DNA from: Stegostoma tigrinum
Lineage: Eukaryota
Length of the DNA: 64,000 bases
Reading direction: 5' to 3'
Assembly: GCF_030684315.1 (NCBI RefSeq)
Contig: NC_081369.1
Coordinates: 13,678,035 to 13,742,034, forward strand
The position numbers and the translations under genes are program-made. The notes beneath the pieces were generated by a model. The model saw only the letters and a list, made by a program, of their open reading frames with translations. It ran no database searches and had not been told where the DNA came from. Below are positions 1 to 11,092 of the stretch, piece after piece; position 1 is the first letter of the stretch; each line of letters begins with the position of its first letter.

Positions 1-290
1 TCAGTATCCCGAAATCCTGAACCAGACCGTCGGCTCCAACGCGACTTTCTACTGCACCTTCCCGTTTGCTCGGGATGTGTCCAGGGTCCGGGTGAGCTGG
101 TGGAGGGACGACGAGCAGGATTTCCTCCGGGAAAAGAAGGATTCCAGGTATCACTTTGAAATCCGGAATAAAGCCAGCGCCGCCTTCCACCTCCGGGGCG
201 TGGATGTCTCCGACTCCGGGCTCTACTTCTGCCGCGTTAACAACGAGGGCAAGGTGGCGATCGGGAGCGGCACCCGGCTCCTGGTGACCG
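1..290 (+). CDS. VJ-C1 receptor gene, exon encoding a germline-joined V-J type Ig V-set domain (5' end outside window)
   Basis: Open frame from nt 2: QYPEILNQTVGSNATFYCTFPFARDVSRVRVSWWRDDEQDFLREKKDSRYHFEIRNKASAAFHLRGVDVSDSGLYFCRVNNEGKVAIGSGTRLLVT. Has B-strand Cys, C-strand Trp, DSGxYxC and J-type GxGTxLxV. Ends at a perfect phase-1 donor G|GTAAGT (290/291). Confidence 0.93.
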
Positions 291-519
291 GTAAGTCAAT
301 CCCATTTACACCCTTACCCCAACTCAGCACGGCCGGGGACGATTGCGCGAACGGGAGGCTTTTTTAATCTGAGTCAGACCCCAGGTCAGGGAGAGAGTAT
401 CCCAGGCAGGAACCTAAATCATTGCTGGCAAACTTCCTGAACCCCAGCTCCAGAGGGACAGAAGCTAGGCTGCTGGAAAAGCTCAGCAGGTCTGGCAGCG
501 TCTGTGAAGGAGAAAATAG

Positions 520-557
520 AGTTAACGTTTCGGGTCCGCTTACCCTTCCTCAGAACT
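520..557 (-). ncRNA. Minimal hammerhead ribozyme motif (Penelope-like pLTR fragment ~460-560)
   Basis: AGUU-CUGAGGA-A-GGGU(AAGCGG)ACCC-GAAA-CG-UU-AACU: 4-bp helix I, 4-bp helix II, AACGUU palindrome. Confidence 0.7.
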
Positions 558-794
558 GATTCATTCATTCAGAGGTAGTAAGAACTGCCGATGCTGGAGT
601 TAGAGATGAGACGGTCCAGTTCCGCAATGTGTTACCTGTGACCCATTCGTTCCTCTGTCTTCGAGACTGCCTTTATTTATCACCCGGGAATATTGGCCCG
701 GGGACCGAGAGACGGCGATTACCACGTGTTTCAGTCATGAGTTATTTCTCACTCCACTGCAGAGTCAAACTGGAAAACTCTCCACTAAAGCAAA

Positions 795-1415
795 ACAGAT
801 TGTAAATGAGCAAATGAAATTTTGGCATTTATTGCTCAAGGAATAGAGTGTAAAAGTGAGGAAATGTTGCCGCACCTGTACAAGGCTATAGTGAGACCAC
901 ACTCGGAGTGTTGCACAAAGTGTTGGTCTCTTTGAGGAGGGATGTAGTTGTGTCGGAGGCAGTTCAGAGGAGGTTCCCAGATTGCTTCCAGACATGAGGG
1001 GTTTGTCTTAGGGAGAGAGATTGAGCAGTTTCGGCCCATACTGTCTGGAGTTTAGCAGAATTAGAAAAGATCTAATCGAGGTGCAGAAGATGCTAAAGAC
1101 GATTGACAAAGTAGACATAGAGAGAATGTTTCCCCTTGTGGGTAAACTAGGAGAGGTTATAATTTTTGGACTGGGGTAGCAGATTTAAAACAGAACTGAG
1201 GAGCAATTACTTCTCTGAGGGTCGCGAATCTACGGGAATTCCCTACCCCAGAGTGCGACGGATGTCTGTGGCACCTAATAAATTTAAGTAGGAGACAGAA
1301 TTTTAATGATTTAATAGGTTAAAGGAAGGCAAATGAAGTTGAGGTGAAGATGAGACCAATGCTGATCATGTTGAATGCCGGAGTAGCCTCTGAATTGCTT
1401 ACTCCTGCATCTAGT
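795..1415 (+). mobile_element. CR1 3' fragment
   Basis: ctgtacaaggctatagtgagaccacactcggagtgttgc corresponds to the RT C-terminal LVRPHLEYC motif. Confidence 0.75.
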
Positions 1416-3741
1416 TTTATGACCCTCCGGACCCTGTGCCTCTGCAAAAGCCTGGGTTTTTTGGGACCACATGAGCAGGGATTGAATATCCCGGGGATGG
1501 AGAATCCCCCTGGATAACCGTCCGACGGCGCCTCTGTGCCCATTTAATCCTCATTCCAATCAGTTTACCCCTGGCTGACCATGAGTTTCTGAGCCTAGCG
1601 GACATGTAATTTTCCAGCCTTTCCCCGCAACCCTTCCCAACTTTCACTGAAAGGCAGACGAAACCGCGATTGAAATCCTGCTGAACATGAGCTGTAGCGG
1701 ATGCGCTCTTTCTCTTTAGTGTTACACGGGCGGTATGTAACACATTTACCCGGGGAGAGAGAATTAGACCTGCGAGTGATCAAACATAAACAAAAACTTT
1801 AGACTTAAAATTACTCAGTGGGGGTCTGTATTAAAATTTACAAATTCTAACATGCACATAAAATCAAACTCCATTAATTAGCGGATTCCTTTACTCGGTT
1901 ATTGCCTACAGTGAGATGGAATGGACAACAGTTGAGGGTTGTAATGAGTTAACGCAGTGACAATATTTCACAAACGCTTGGCGAGTTTATATCATTATCT
2001 CTCTTGTTTCACTTGGGTGTAATGTTGGGGCTATATTCCCTCCCCTTATACTTATATCGTCTCCCCACATCCCTATCGTCCCTCTCTTTATCCCTGTATT
2101 CTATTCCCTGACCCTATATTTCCTCCCTTTGTCACTATATTCCACCCCCCACCCTTTCTTTATCCCTTTAGTCTCCCCCCATTTCCCTGCTAGGATTTTC
2201 CATTGGGTTTAGTGACAATGGAATTGGAGGCATTTTTAGGAAGACAGTCTCATTGCACGGAAAGATCCCAGGAACGGGCCTGATCTTCCATGGGGCACTG
2301 ACCCAGGGCCGTGCTAAATGGACAGAATCCCCAGCAGGCTGAGGGCGCACTGCCATCACTGCGAATAGCCGCGGGAGGTATCTGGTCGGCGGCTGGCTCT
2401 TCCCCTGGGCTCGGAGACCTCTGCACGTTGGGACACCGGACAGCCTCCGAGCGCGGAGTTTTATCCGGGCACCGGGGCGATGCGTTGTTAAAATAGGGAG
2501 GAAAGGTTCTGGGGTGGGGGGCGTGATTGACCAATGCCGATTCTGTTTTTGGTAAAATGAGGATCTCCCATAAAACAGAACCTTCCCGTCTGCCACCTTA
2601 TTGGGAGGTAACAGTGCCCTCGGAATTTCTTCTGTACCCCACCAGCATCTGGTGTTTGTGCGGGACCCCCGCCTCGCCCCCAGCACATACTGAGAGGTGA
2701 CTGAGGACTATTGCGAGACTGGGTTGTGAGCAAGAGAAAGATGGAGTTTGTGAATGAACTGACCACAGGGTGGGTCTGTCGGGGCAAGAGAAGGAGTTAT
2801 TGAGGGATCTCCCCGTGAAGCGACGCAGATCCAAGGAAGGTGCAGCCCAGACCTGGAGCAGTGGGGAGGGTTTTGGGGGGAGGCTGGGAGCTGCAAGGTT
2901 GAGAGCGGTTTTGTGTGGGGGCTACGGAATCGGGGAGCAATGAGGTCTCACAGAAGCGCCAGCCTGAGAGCAGTTCCAAATCACTTTCACTCGGCGTGTG
3001 TCATTGATCGGGCGAAATAGATACAGGGACTGGCTGTGAAACTGCACGGGGATCCTACCATGGGGATGTTACCGTATCACCGCCCTATCGGCTGCACTGA
3101 ACCCGGAATCCAGGGCTCAGCAAACATAGGGAGTGCTGACAGCAAGAGAATGATTAAAGCACCGCTCGGTTAAATAAAGATCAAATTGGACAAACAGAAA
3201 GAATTCAGCAGCGGTGCGAAATAAAAGCACGAACTGTGGAGATCGGACCCTAATCCAACCTAGGGAAGTGCTGAAGAAACTCGGCAGGGCTAGCAACCTG
3301 TGTGTGTGTGGATTGAGTTCACATTTCCACTTCACTAGCCACTGTTCAGACTCAGAAGCAAAGCAGGCCGGTTCTATCAGCCGTAGTCAGTGCCGAAAGA
3401 GCAGAGCAAAGTGAACTCGAACCCCCACCAAAACTCCCGCTCGCTGCAGCTGTTTGGTGCCACAACAGGCTCCCATCTCCTCAGAGGGAGCGAGCTACAG
3501 GTGTAGCGGTAATCCTACACCCGGTCCGAGCTGCTCTGTAATTCCGAATTCAATATCACTCTCGTCCTTTCACGACGGCAGCATAACAGGGGCTTGTTCA
3601 GCCCATCAGCCGTGACCAAATTAAATATCCTGACCTACTCCTCGTCTCTCTTTTAGCATATTTGGTTCACACTACTCTTAACAGTTTCAATTTGTTTAAT
3701 GTCAGTTATCATTGACTAACACAGGTCTTAACAGTCATAGT

Positions 3742-3935
3742 GATAATGGGAACTGCAAATGCTGGAGAATCCAAGATAATAAAAAGTGAGGCTGGATGAA
3801 CACAGCAGGCCCAGCAGCATCTCAGGAGCGCAAAAGCTGACGTTTCGGAAGGGTCTAGGCCCGAAACGTCAGCTTTTGTGCTCCTGAAATGCTGCTGGGC
3901 CTGCTGTGTTCATCCAGTCCCACATTTTATTATCT
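3742..3935. mobile_element. Short Penelope-pLTR fold-back insertion
   Basis: Inverted arms around gacgtttcgg/ccgaaacgtc; flanking direct repeat tcttaacagtcatagt (3726-3741 and 3933-3948). Confidence 0.85.
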
Positions 3936-5340
3936 TAACAGTCATAGTTGATTAATTGCTATTTAACAGAAGTCTTAACAGTTACAATTGGTTTAATATT
4001 GATTGTTATTTGTGAAAGAAGATTTCAAATTTCCTGTGCAGAAGTATTTGTTCGCCTCATCCCTGAAAGGTTTCGTTCTAATTTGTACACCGTTACCCCG
4101 TCCTACACTCGCCAGTGGCAGTAACAGCCACTCTGTTATCAGCCTATATCTCCCAATGCCGTTAACTTCAATCACATCGCCCCCTCAGCTGCTTAGCTGT
4201 AGAGAATACAAATTTTTCCCCCCTGTCGCCGCTTCTTACAAACTAGCCCTCGGAGGCTGTAGAGGACACGTTGGTAAATGCAAACAGCATTCTGTCCCAA
4301 ACAATTCCACCATGCTCAGGACTGTTTCCAGGGACTACATCAGGGTTTAGTTTAAAGCGGCACATGAACTGGACCCAACTGTGTTCTAACAGCCAGCATC
4401 CCACGAGCCTTTTGGTTGTTTACGACATTTTAATAATTAATGTACCACTCCCAACGCCCGAAATTTCTCTGGAAGCCCCCACTGATACTCCTTAATTAGA
4501 ACAGATTCAGTTCTATCCTTTCCAGCTCCAGAGTGAACGGTTCTCAGGTTAGCCTGTATCGAAATGTGCTTCCATTTTCCCCTTAGACCACCGCTATCTC
4601 TTCGTGAAGCTATCCATTCACATTACTAACCTTTACCTTTTGGGCCATCACTGATATGCAGGCGTGGTTACCTCCTCCCCTAAGTCTGAGTTTAATCAAT
4701 CTGGTGTGCAGTGCACTCCTGTCAGTTCGATTTTCTCCTTTCCTGCCATTCGCCTAATTTTCCGATCCTTAGTCGGCGAGCGTGAACAGCCGACCGTCTC
4801 ACAGCTAGAGATACAGTCACTCAACTCCAGCCCCTGGGTTTGTGAGCGACCACAGAATTAACCCGAGCGCTTCTCAATCGCATCTGTTTTTATTTGTGAT
4901 CTAAATGTGTCGAGGCGAACAAGTGACTTTTTGAAGATTTTAGCGGCGGCCGACATATGGAGGGTGAAACTCAGGCGCTGAAACCCACCGAGTGAGTCTG
5001 TCTGAGATTAAGGGTATGTTTTCTGCTGCCTATCAGTATTCCTGAGGTTGGGAAAACAGAGAGCGGAGAGGGAAACTCCGGTATCCCAGTCTCTAAAGAC
5101 CCTCAGAGCGAGGGTATTGTCGGCGTAAACCCGGGAGAAAGTGTTCTGTGTGCATAGAAATAAAACAAAAGTCAGATTTAAACTCGCGCCGAGAGAATGC
5201 GGGTCAGACAGAGTCCTTAGAGGGATGACTCAAATGAACGTAGCAATAAAAAACAGGACAATTAAAGCTGCAATTGAACCCAATGGGATGATCCCCACTG
5301 GAAACTGACGCGACAATGATGTTGACTTTCTCTCCCCAAG

Positions 5341-5646
5341 CTTCCGCGGATTCTCCCCAGATTGTCCCGACCTTGTTTGGGAGAGAGTCCGCAATATTCC
5401 TGAGACTTGCCTGTACCTCTGGGGCCTTTCAGTCAGACGAGATCAGTATCCGCTGGTTTGTGAACGGCAGCGAGGTGCTGAGCGGAATCCGCAGCCAGGT
5501 CGAGCCGAGGCCGGACAAACGCTTCAGGGCTTCCAGTTACTTGGAGGAGAAGCAGCCCGCTCGCAATGGGACGGTGTACAGCTGCCGAGTGTCGCACGGT
5601 GGCCAGCGGGTGGAAACCCGGTACATTTACATCTCCGGTGCTGAAG
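5341..5646 (+). CDS. VJ-C1 receptor gene, Ig C1-set constant domain exon
   Basis: Acceptor ctttctctccccaag|, phase 1 to phase 1, donor AAG|GTATGG. Encodes ASADSPQIV...LRLACTSGAFQSDEISIRWFVNG...FRASSYL...GTVYSCRVSHGG...SGAE, with C1 signatures (LxC, W, YxCxVxH). Confidence 0.92.
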
Positions 5647-7012
5647 GTATGGCGTTCTCCAAGAGCTTGTTTGTGGGGTTTTTGTACCAGTCTGTCTGTT
5701 CTAATCTCAATTCCCAGCACTTGGCCCATAGCTTTGTATGCCTTAGCGTCGCATTCGTCCTCTGAACCTAGTGGGACATGAACGTGGGTTTGCTTTGTCG
5801 ACTGGCTGTACCACACACGGACATCTTTCTGTCAGAAAGGTAATGCTTGGAAGATTGGTGACCTGGTAGCTTGCTAAAGGCGATGCCATAGAAGATTGGA
5901 AAATGAAATTCAGGGTTCCCAAAGACAAAACCAGATTAATAAGCCCCTCAAAGGGAAAGTCTCCTCCAGTGCTATCTGATTTGTTCATGCTCCCTATCAG
6001 TGGCATTTCCTTGTCTGAATAAGAGCAGTTCATGGAACATGTCTTGAGGAGTTAGTGACCTGCAGCATTAACCATTTCCCACTTTGCCATCTGCCAGCAG
6101 ATAGCATGTGTAAGACCCAGTGAAATAAAACACATGTATTGTATCTTAACACAGACTTACAATCCTGACTGGCTCCTTCATTCAAAATCACTTGGGTGAT
6201 CTTCATTTTAAAACCCTTTAACTTCTATCAGCAAGTGCTTACAGCATATTTATATTCTGTGGAGAGAGAAGACCGCAAAGACCCCCAATTTTTGCTGCAG
6301 CGTTGTATTTTGGGATTGTAATGTAGACTACATTATTACACCCGTGCCTTGGGATAAAATATTTGTCAGCAAGGAAATATTTTGCCAAATGCCTGCTCAC
6401 AAACTTGATGGCTCTTAAAGGTCATTTGGGCTAACTCCTGTCACCACAATTCAGAAGTTAAAGTAGAAACTGATCAACCCGAAGTGGCGTTGATCAGTTT
6501 CAGTAGCTGTGAAAGCTGACATTGAGTGCAGCTAAATGTTAACATTAATCCTGAGTGCCTTCAGTTCTTTGAAGGGACAGAGCACAGAAAGAACAGACAG
6601 AAGCTCCTCTAGTCCAGGTCTACCACAGAGAAGGACCAACATCAATGGTGAACTTGTCCAGTCCATCAGTGGAGAAACACAGATTTGTTACAGAGGAGAC
6701 TTCTACAGTGAGTGAGGACACAGTTAGAATAGCAGAGGACATAGAAGATCAATTAAAATATTTGTCCACTACCCATTGTTCCATTGCCATCCTGACAATT
6801 TTACAAACATACATATTTCTAACCAGTAAGTATTATTTACAACTGCTACATTTACTGTCAGGATGTGGTATTGACAGATTAAATCACCTTATTGTTCAAT
6901 GTATCAGTGTTGTAGTGTATGTGTGTTGAAGTATGCATGTGTTGTATTGTTCACACATTTCCTGTGGTATGATAATGCTAACACATTGTATTTGTACTTT
7001 GAGCTTTTGCAG

Positions 7013-7126
7013 AGCCAGAATCAGGTGTTCTGCCGTGGTGGATCTATATCTGTATTGGGAGTGGGGTTTTCCTCCTGCTGCTTCTGATTATTACAATAAT
7101 ACTTTGCAAATTCTGCACGTGCAGAG
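7013..7126 (+). CDS. VJ-C1 receptor gene, transmembrane exon
   Basis: Acceptor cttttgcag|, donor GAG|GTGAGA, phase 1/1. In frame it reads EPESGVLPWWIYICIGSGVFLLLLIITIILCKFCTCR, a ~23-aa hydrophobic helix with no charged residue. Confidence 0.9.
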
Positions 7127-8089
7127 GTGAGAATACTGTACTTTGCTAAATCATTTAAATTTAGAATTTTTAATGCACTTTATTGTTAAAAGTACAATTA
7201 CAGTGAATTGAAGTGGTATTGTAGATGATTATATTTGTCTGAAATGCCTATACTCATGGATTTAAACAATCAAGTCAAAACTGAGAACATTGATCTCCTA
7301 AATTAATAAATTGGCAATTATTTTACATCATTAACAACCTCTTCAGTTGCCAGTTTGACATATGATGGAATAATTAGTCTAGTATTTCAGTCAATGCAAG
7401 GGAGACAAAAGAATGAATCACTGGCATAGATAGTTACATGTGTTGCATCAAGTATCCTGACATCACAGCTAGCACCGTGCAGTACTGCTGCCTAACTCTG
7501 TCCTATTACTGCTAGCTATGATAGAAAAAAGAGGTATGTAAAATACTGCAAGTTTGGCAGTTTGCTGCCCTGGCATCTGTAGTTATGTTGAAATCTTCAG
7601 ATAAAGCAGTATGACCTCTCCTTTCCCAAGTGTTAGATTTTCCAAGGGTCCTCAAAAATCAGTAAATTCTGCACTTAACAAATACAAAAACTGAAATGTA
7701 ACCTCATTATCTATCTGAGGAATTGATAATGGGGAAGAGGGAAATGACAGATTAAACTAATGCCATCAGATGATCTAAATTTGTGTACTGGTCCATCTTT
7801 ACCAGCTCTGCTTGTTTTGTCCTCAAAGAATTTTAGCATATTTATTAAATGTGAGATCCCTTTCACAAAAGCATGGTGACTCTGTTTGACTGTGGTAAGC
7901 TTTTGCAGAGCAAGCATCAGGTACTTTGCCAACCATTTAAAACACTATTTTAAATTGGCTTTCACAGTGGAGAACTTTATAAAAGTCCTAAAGATAACAG
8001 ATAAGCAAGGTATGGGAGGAAGAACTTTGCAACAATTTCTATCACAAGGAATAAATTATTTGAAAAATGAATGGGATTAGAATTACCAG

Positions 8090-9560
8090 GATCTGATGGC
8101 CTGCATCTGATTGATTTAGAAGAAGTGGCTACAGAGATAATAAAGATATTAGTCTAAATATTCTGGAGATTATTGGATTCTAGGAGGGTTCCAGCAGATT
8201 AATTGCTCTTGTTCAAGAAGGGAAAGAGACAGAAGGCAGGAAACTATGAATTTGTCTAACACCCTGTCATTGGGAAGATGTTACAGTTCATTCTTTTAAA
8301 AAAAGCTGGACATTTAAAATGCCTTCATACAATCAAACAGTGTCAACATACTTTTGTGAAAGGATAATCATATTTGACAAATTTGCTAGAGTTCTTTGTG
8401 AATACGACAAGCAGAGCAGATAAAGGGGAACTGGTAGATGTATTGTATTTAAATTTTTATAGGTTTTAAATTAGATGCCACATAAAAAGTTGTTGCACTG
8501 TATAGAAGCTTATGGTATTGGGAGTAATGTATTAGCATGGATTGAGGATTGGTTGACACGCTGAAGACAGAGAGTCAGGATTAACAGGTCTTCTTCAGGT
8601 TGGAAAGATGAAGATTATGAATTGTCACAAGGTTCAGTCTTAGTGTCTCAATTTTTTTATGTCCATATTGGCAAGTTGGGAAGGGGGCAGACTGTAACAT
8701 ATTGATATTTGCACATGTTACAAAAATAGATGGGAGGGTATGCTATGATGAAGACATAAGGAATAGCAAAGGAATATAAACAGGTTGAGTGAGTGGGGAA
8801 AAATGTGACCGATGGAGTTTAATGTAGGAAAGCATGAGATAAAAAACTTTGGTAAGAAGAAATAAAAGGAGAGATAATCCAAAAAAGAGCAGCACAAAGG
8901 GATTTTTATGTTCTTGTGCATGAATCCCAAAAGAATTAGCATACAGCTGCAGCAAGTAATTAAAGCAAAGATACATTTGGCCTTTATTGCTAGAAAATTG
9001 GAGTTTAAAAACAAAAACGTTTTCTTACAACTGTACAGGGTGTTTGTGAGGCCACAACTGAAGTAGTTTTGGTCCTCGTATTTAAAAAAGAGGGGTATAA
9101 ATCCTTTGGAGGCTGTTCAAAAAAGACTCATCAGGCTGATAGCTAGGTTAATGAGATTAATTTATCAAGAACAGCTAAAAAAGTTAGGGTTTTATTTATC
9201 AGAGTTTAGAAGAATGAGGGTGATTTTATTGAAACATACAAGATTCTGAGGGTCTTGACAGGTTAAATTTTGAAAAGATGTTTCCAATAGTGGGGGAATC
9301 TCAAATTAGGGAACATAGTTACAGAATAAAGAGATACTCTGGGATGCAATACAATTTTTGTCTCAGAGGATAGTGAACTCCAGTGAGTTGTAGAGGCTAG
9401 GTCACTGAAAAAGGAGGTAGAAGATTTTTGAAATATCAGAGTGAATGGAATGTTGAACTGCCCTGAAAAAGGAATTGATCCCTGGGGTAAATTATCCAAT
9501 GAACCTGTTGAATGGTGATACAGGTTTGAGGGGCTGGATGGCCTATTCTTGCTCCTTTTC
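8090..9560 (+). mobile_element. Degenerate CR1 ORF2 3' half
   Basis: RT remnants (ctagagttctttg, gtagatgtattgtatttaaatttt, ctgtacagggtgtttgtgaggccaca) ending in a CR1-like 3' UTR. Confidence 0.8.
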
Positions 9561-9961
9561 TCACGTTCTTATCATTATAATATTATGATGAGATTCATTT
9601 GATTGCCGACTAATGTTAGTTTGATTGTCATGTCTTGACCAGTACATTTTATTCTTGAGAGAGCTAATAAGAAATAATTGCTTGTAAAAAAAAATAAGCC
9701 AGTAATTAGTAGGTATCTGGTTTGAAAATACGAAGATTTTGATTGCTCAAACATGAGGGTCTGTTAAATTATATGAGACAGAGTGATGTCATACACATTC
9801 TTTGAATGGCTCCTGGATTTGATTATAACATTGGATAGTTGTGTTAATTGTTATGTCAAAGGCATTTATACATTGAAAGTCAATTTATGGTCTGTCTGAT
9901 ACTATCTGGTAGAGAATTTATTTAAAATCATATTCTTTTGAATCCATTTATTCTTTGATAG

Positions 9962-9996
9962 ACAGACGGCGAAAAGGAGAGAACAGATGTGCTCAG
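9962..9996 (+). CDS. VJ-C1 receptor gene, cytoplasmic exon 1
   Basis: Acceptor ttctttgatag|, donor CAG|GTAATT; 35 nt, phase 1 to 0. Encodes DRRRKGENRCAQ (basic stop-transfer). Confidence 0.75.
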
Positions 9997-10176
9997 GTAA
10001 TTTTTCCACTACCTCCTCTGAAATACCTTAAAAATGCAGGAAAGCATTCTTGCTGCACTGTTCCTTGGACATTCTGTCTTGGATGTTGTCTTTGTGGATT
10101 CTCTATAATCCACATTTATTGAGAGCTTCTACATATATGTATGTACTTTTAATTATTCTCCTATAGGCTGGGTTAT

Positions 10177-10328
10177 GGGCGACACAGTTGCTGAGTGCTT
10201 AGCATTGCTGCCTCACAACGCTAGGGACCCAGGCGCAGTTCCAGCCTCAGGCGACTGTCTGAGTGTAGTTTGTACATTCTCCCCGAGTCTGCCTAGGTTT
10301 CCTTTTAGTGCTCTGGCTTCCTGCCACC
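10177..10328 (+). mobile_element. HE1/V-SINE-type tRNA-derived SINE (partial)
   Basis: tRNA-like head gggcgacacagttgctgagtgcttagcattgctgcctcac, followed by the V-domain-like gtttgtacattctcccc. Confidence 0.75.
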
Positions 10329-10882
10329 ATCTACCTTTGGCCAATATCCCTTCAAACCTTTTCTGTTCATATTCTTATCCAAATGTCTTTTAATAATTGT
10401 AACTGTACCTGCATCCATCACTTTGTCTGGCAGTCCATTCCCTCCACAAACCACTATCTGGTTAAAGCAGTTGCCCCTTATGTCCTTTTTAAATATTTCT
10501 CCTTTCTCTCTCCGGTATCTTTGTTGAGGTGATACTGCAAGAAAGAATCTCCACATCATGGCCCCGATTTTAATGAGGGACTGGTGGAAATGATACACAC
10601 AAAATGCCAAAACAAGCAGCATGTTTGGTAACAATGAAGATATTGAACACAGTTAGTTGAGCTCATCCAATCCACTCCCTACCCTGCAGGTGGAAGATGC
10701 AATTCAGTGGGTTTGGGACGTGCAAACAAATATTGACAGGGAAGGTGACTGGCAGTCAGGTAAATGGTGAGGGGAGTGAAAGCATTGGGGCAAGTACAGT
10801 CTATTTCTTTGTGGGGCACAGAGGAACTCGGTATTGTCAAAGTCGATGTCTTGCCGATCTCTTTTGTACTTTTGGCTTGCAG

Positions 10883-11092
10883 CATATGCAGAAACCAGCT
10901 AACTTCAACATGGCATATACAGCTATGGACGCCAGTAGTCTTGCAAAAGATACAAAGCGCCAGCACATGGAAAGGAAAGCAGATTGTCCCCACGTCCCAC
11001 CGAGAAACCCACAGAGAAATGATGAGCATACTTATGCCACAGCACAATTCAGAAAGCAACAGGGCAAAAAGATGGGCTACACTGTGCAGTGA
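10883..11092 (+). CDS. VJ-C1 receptor gene, last coding exon (tyrosine-motif tail)
   Basis: Acceptor cttttggcttgcag|, phase 0. Encodes HMQKPANFNMAYTAMDASSLAKDTKRQHMERKADCPHVPPRNPQRNDEHTYATAQFRKQQGKKMGYTVQ*. AATAAA signals downstream at ~11732 and ~12947. Confidence 0.78.
   Translation, partial: HMQKPANFNMAYTAMDASSLAKDTKRQHMERKADCPHVPPRNPQRNDEHTYATAQFRKQQGKKMGYTVQ

Noticed and set aside
2168-2896. Overlapping minus-strand ORFs up to 172 aa
   Set aside because: GC-rich intron, no recognisable domain or splice framework.
10177-10250. tRNA-like A/B boxes
   Set aside because: SINE head, not a functional tRNA.
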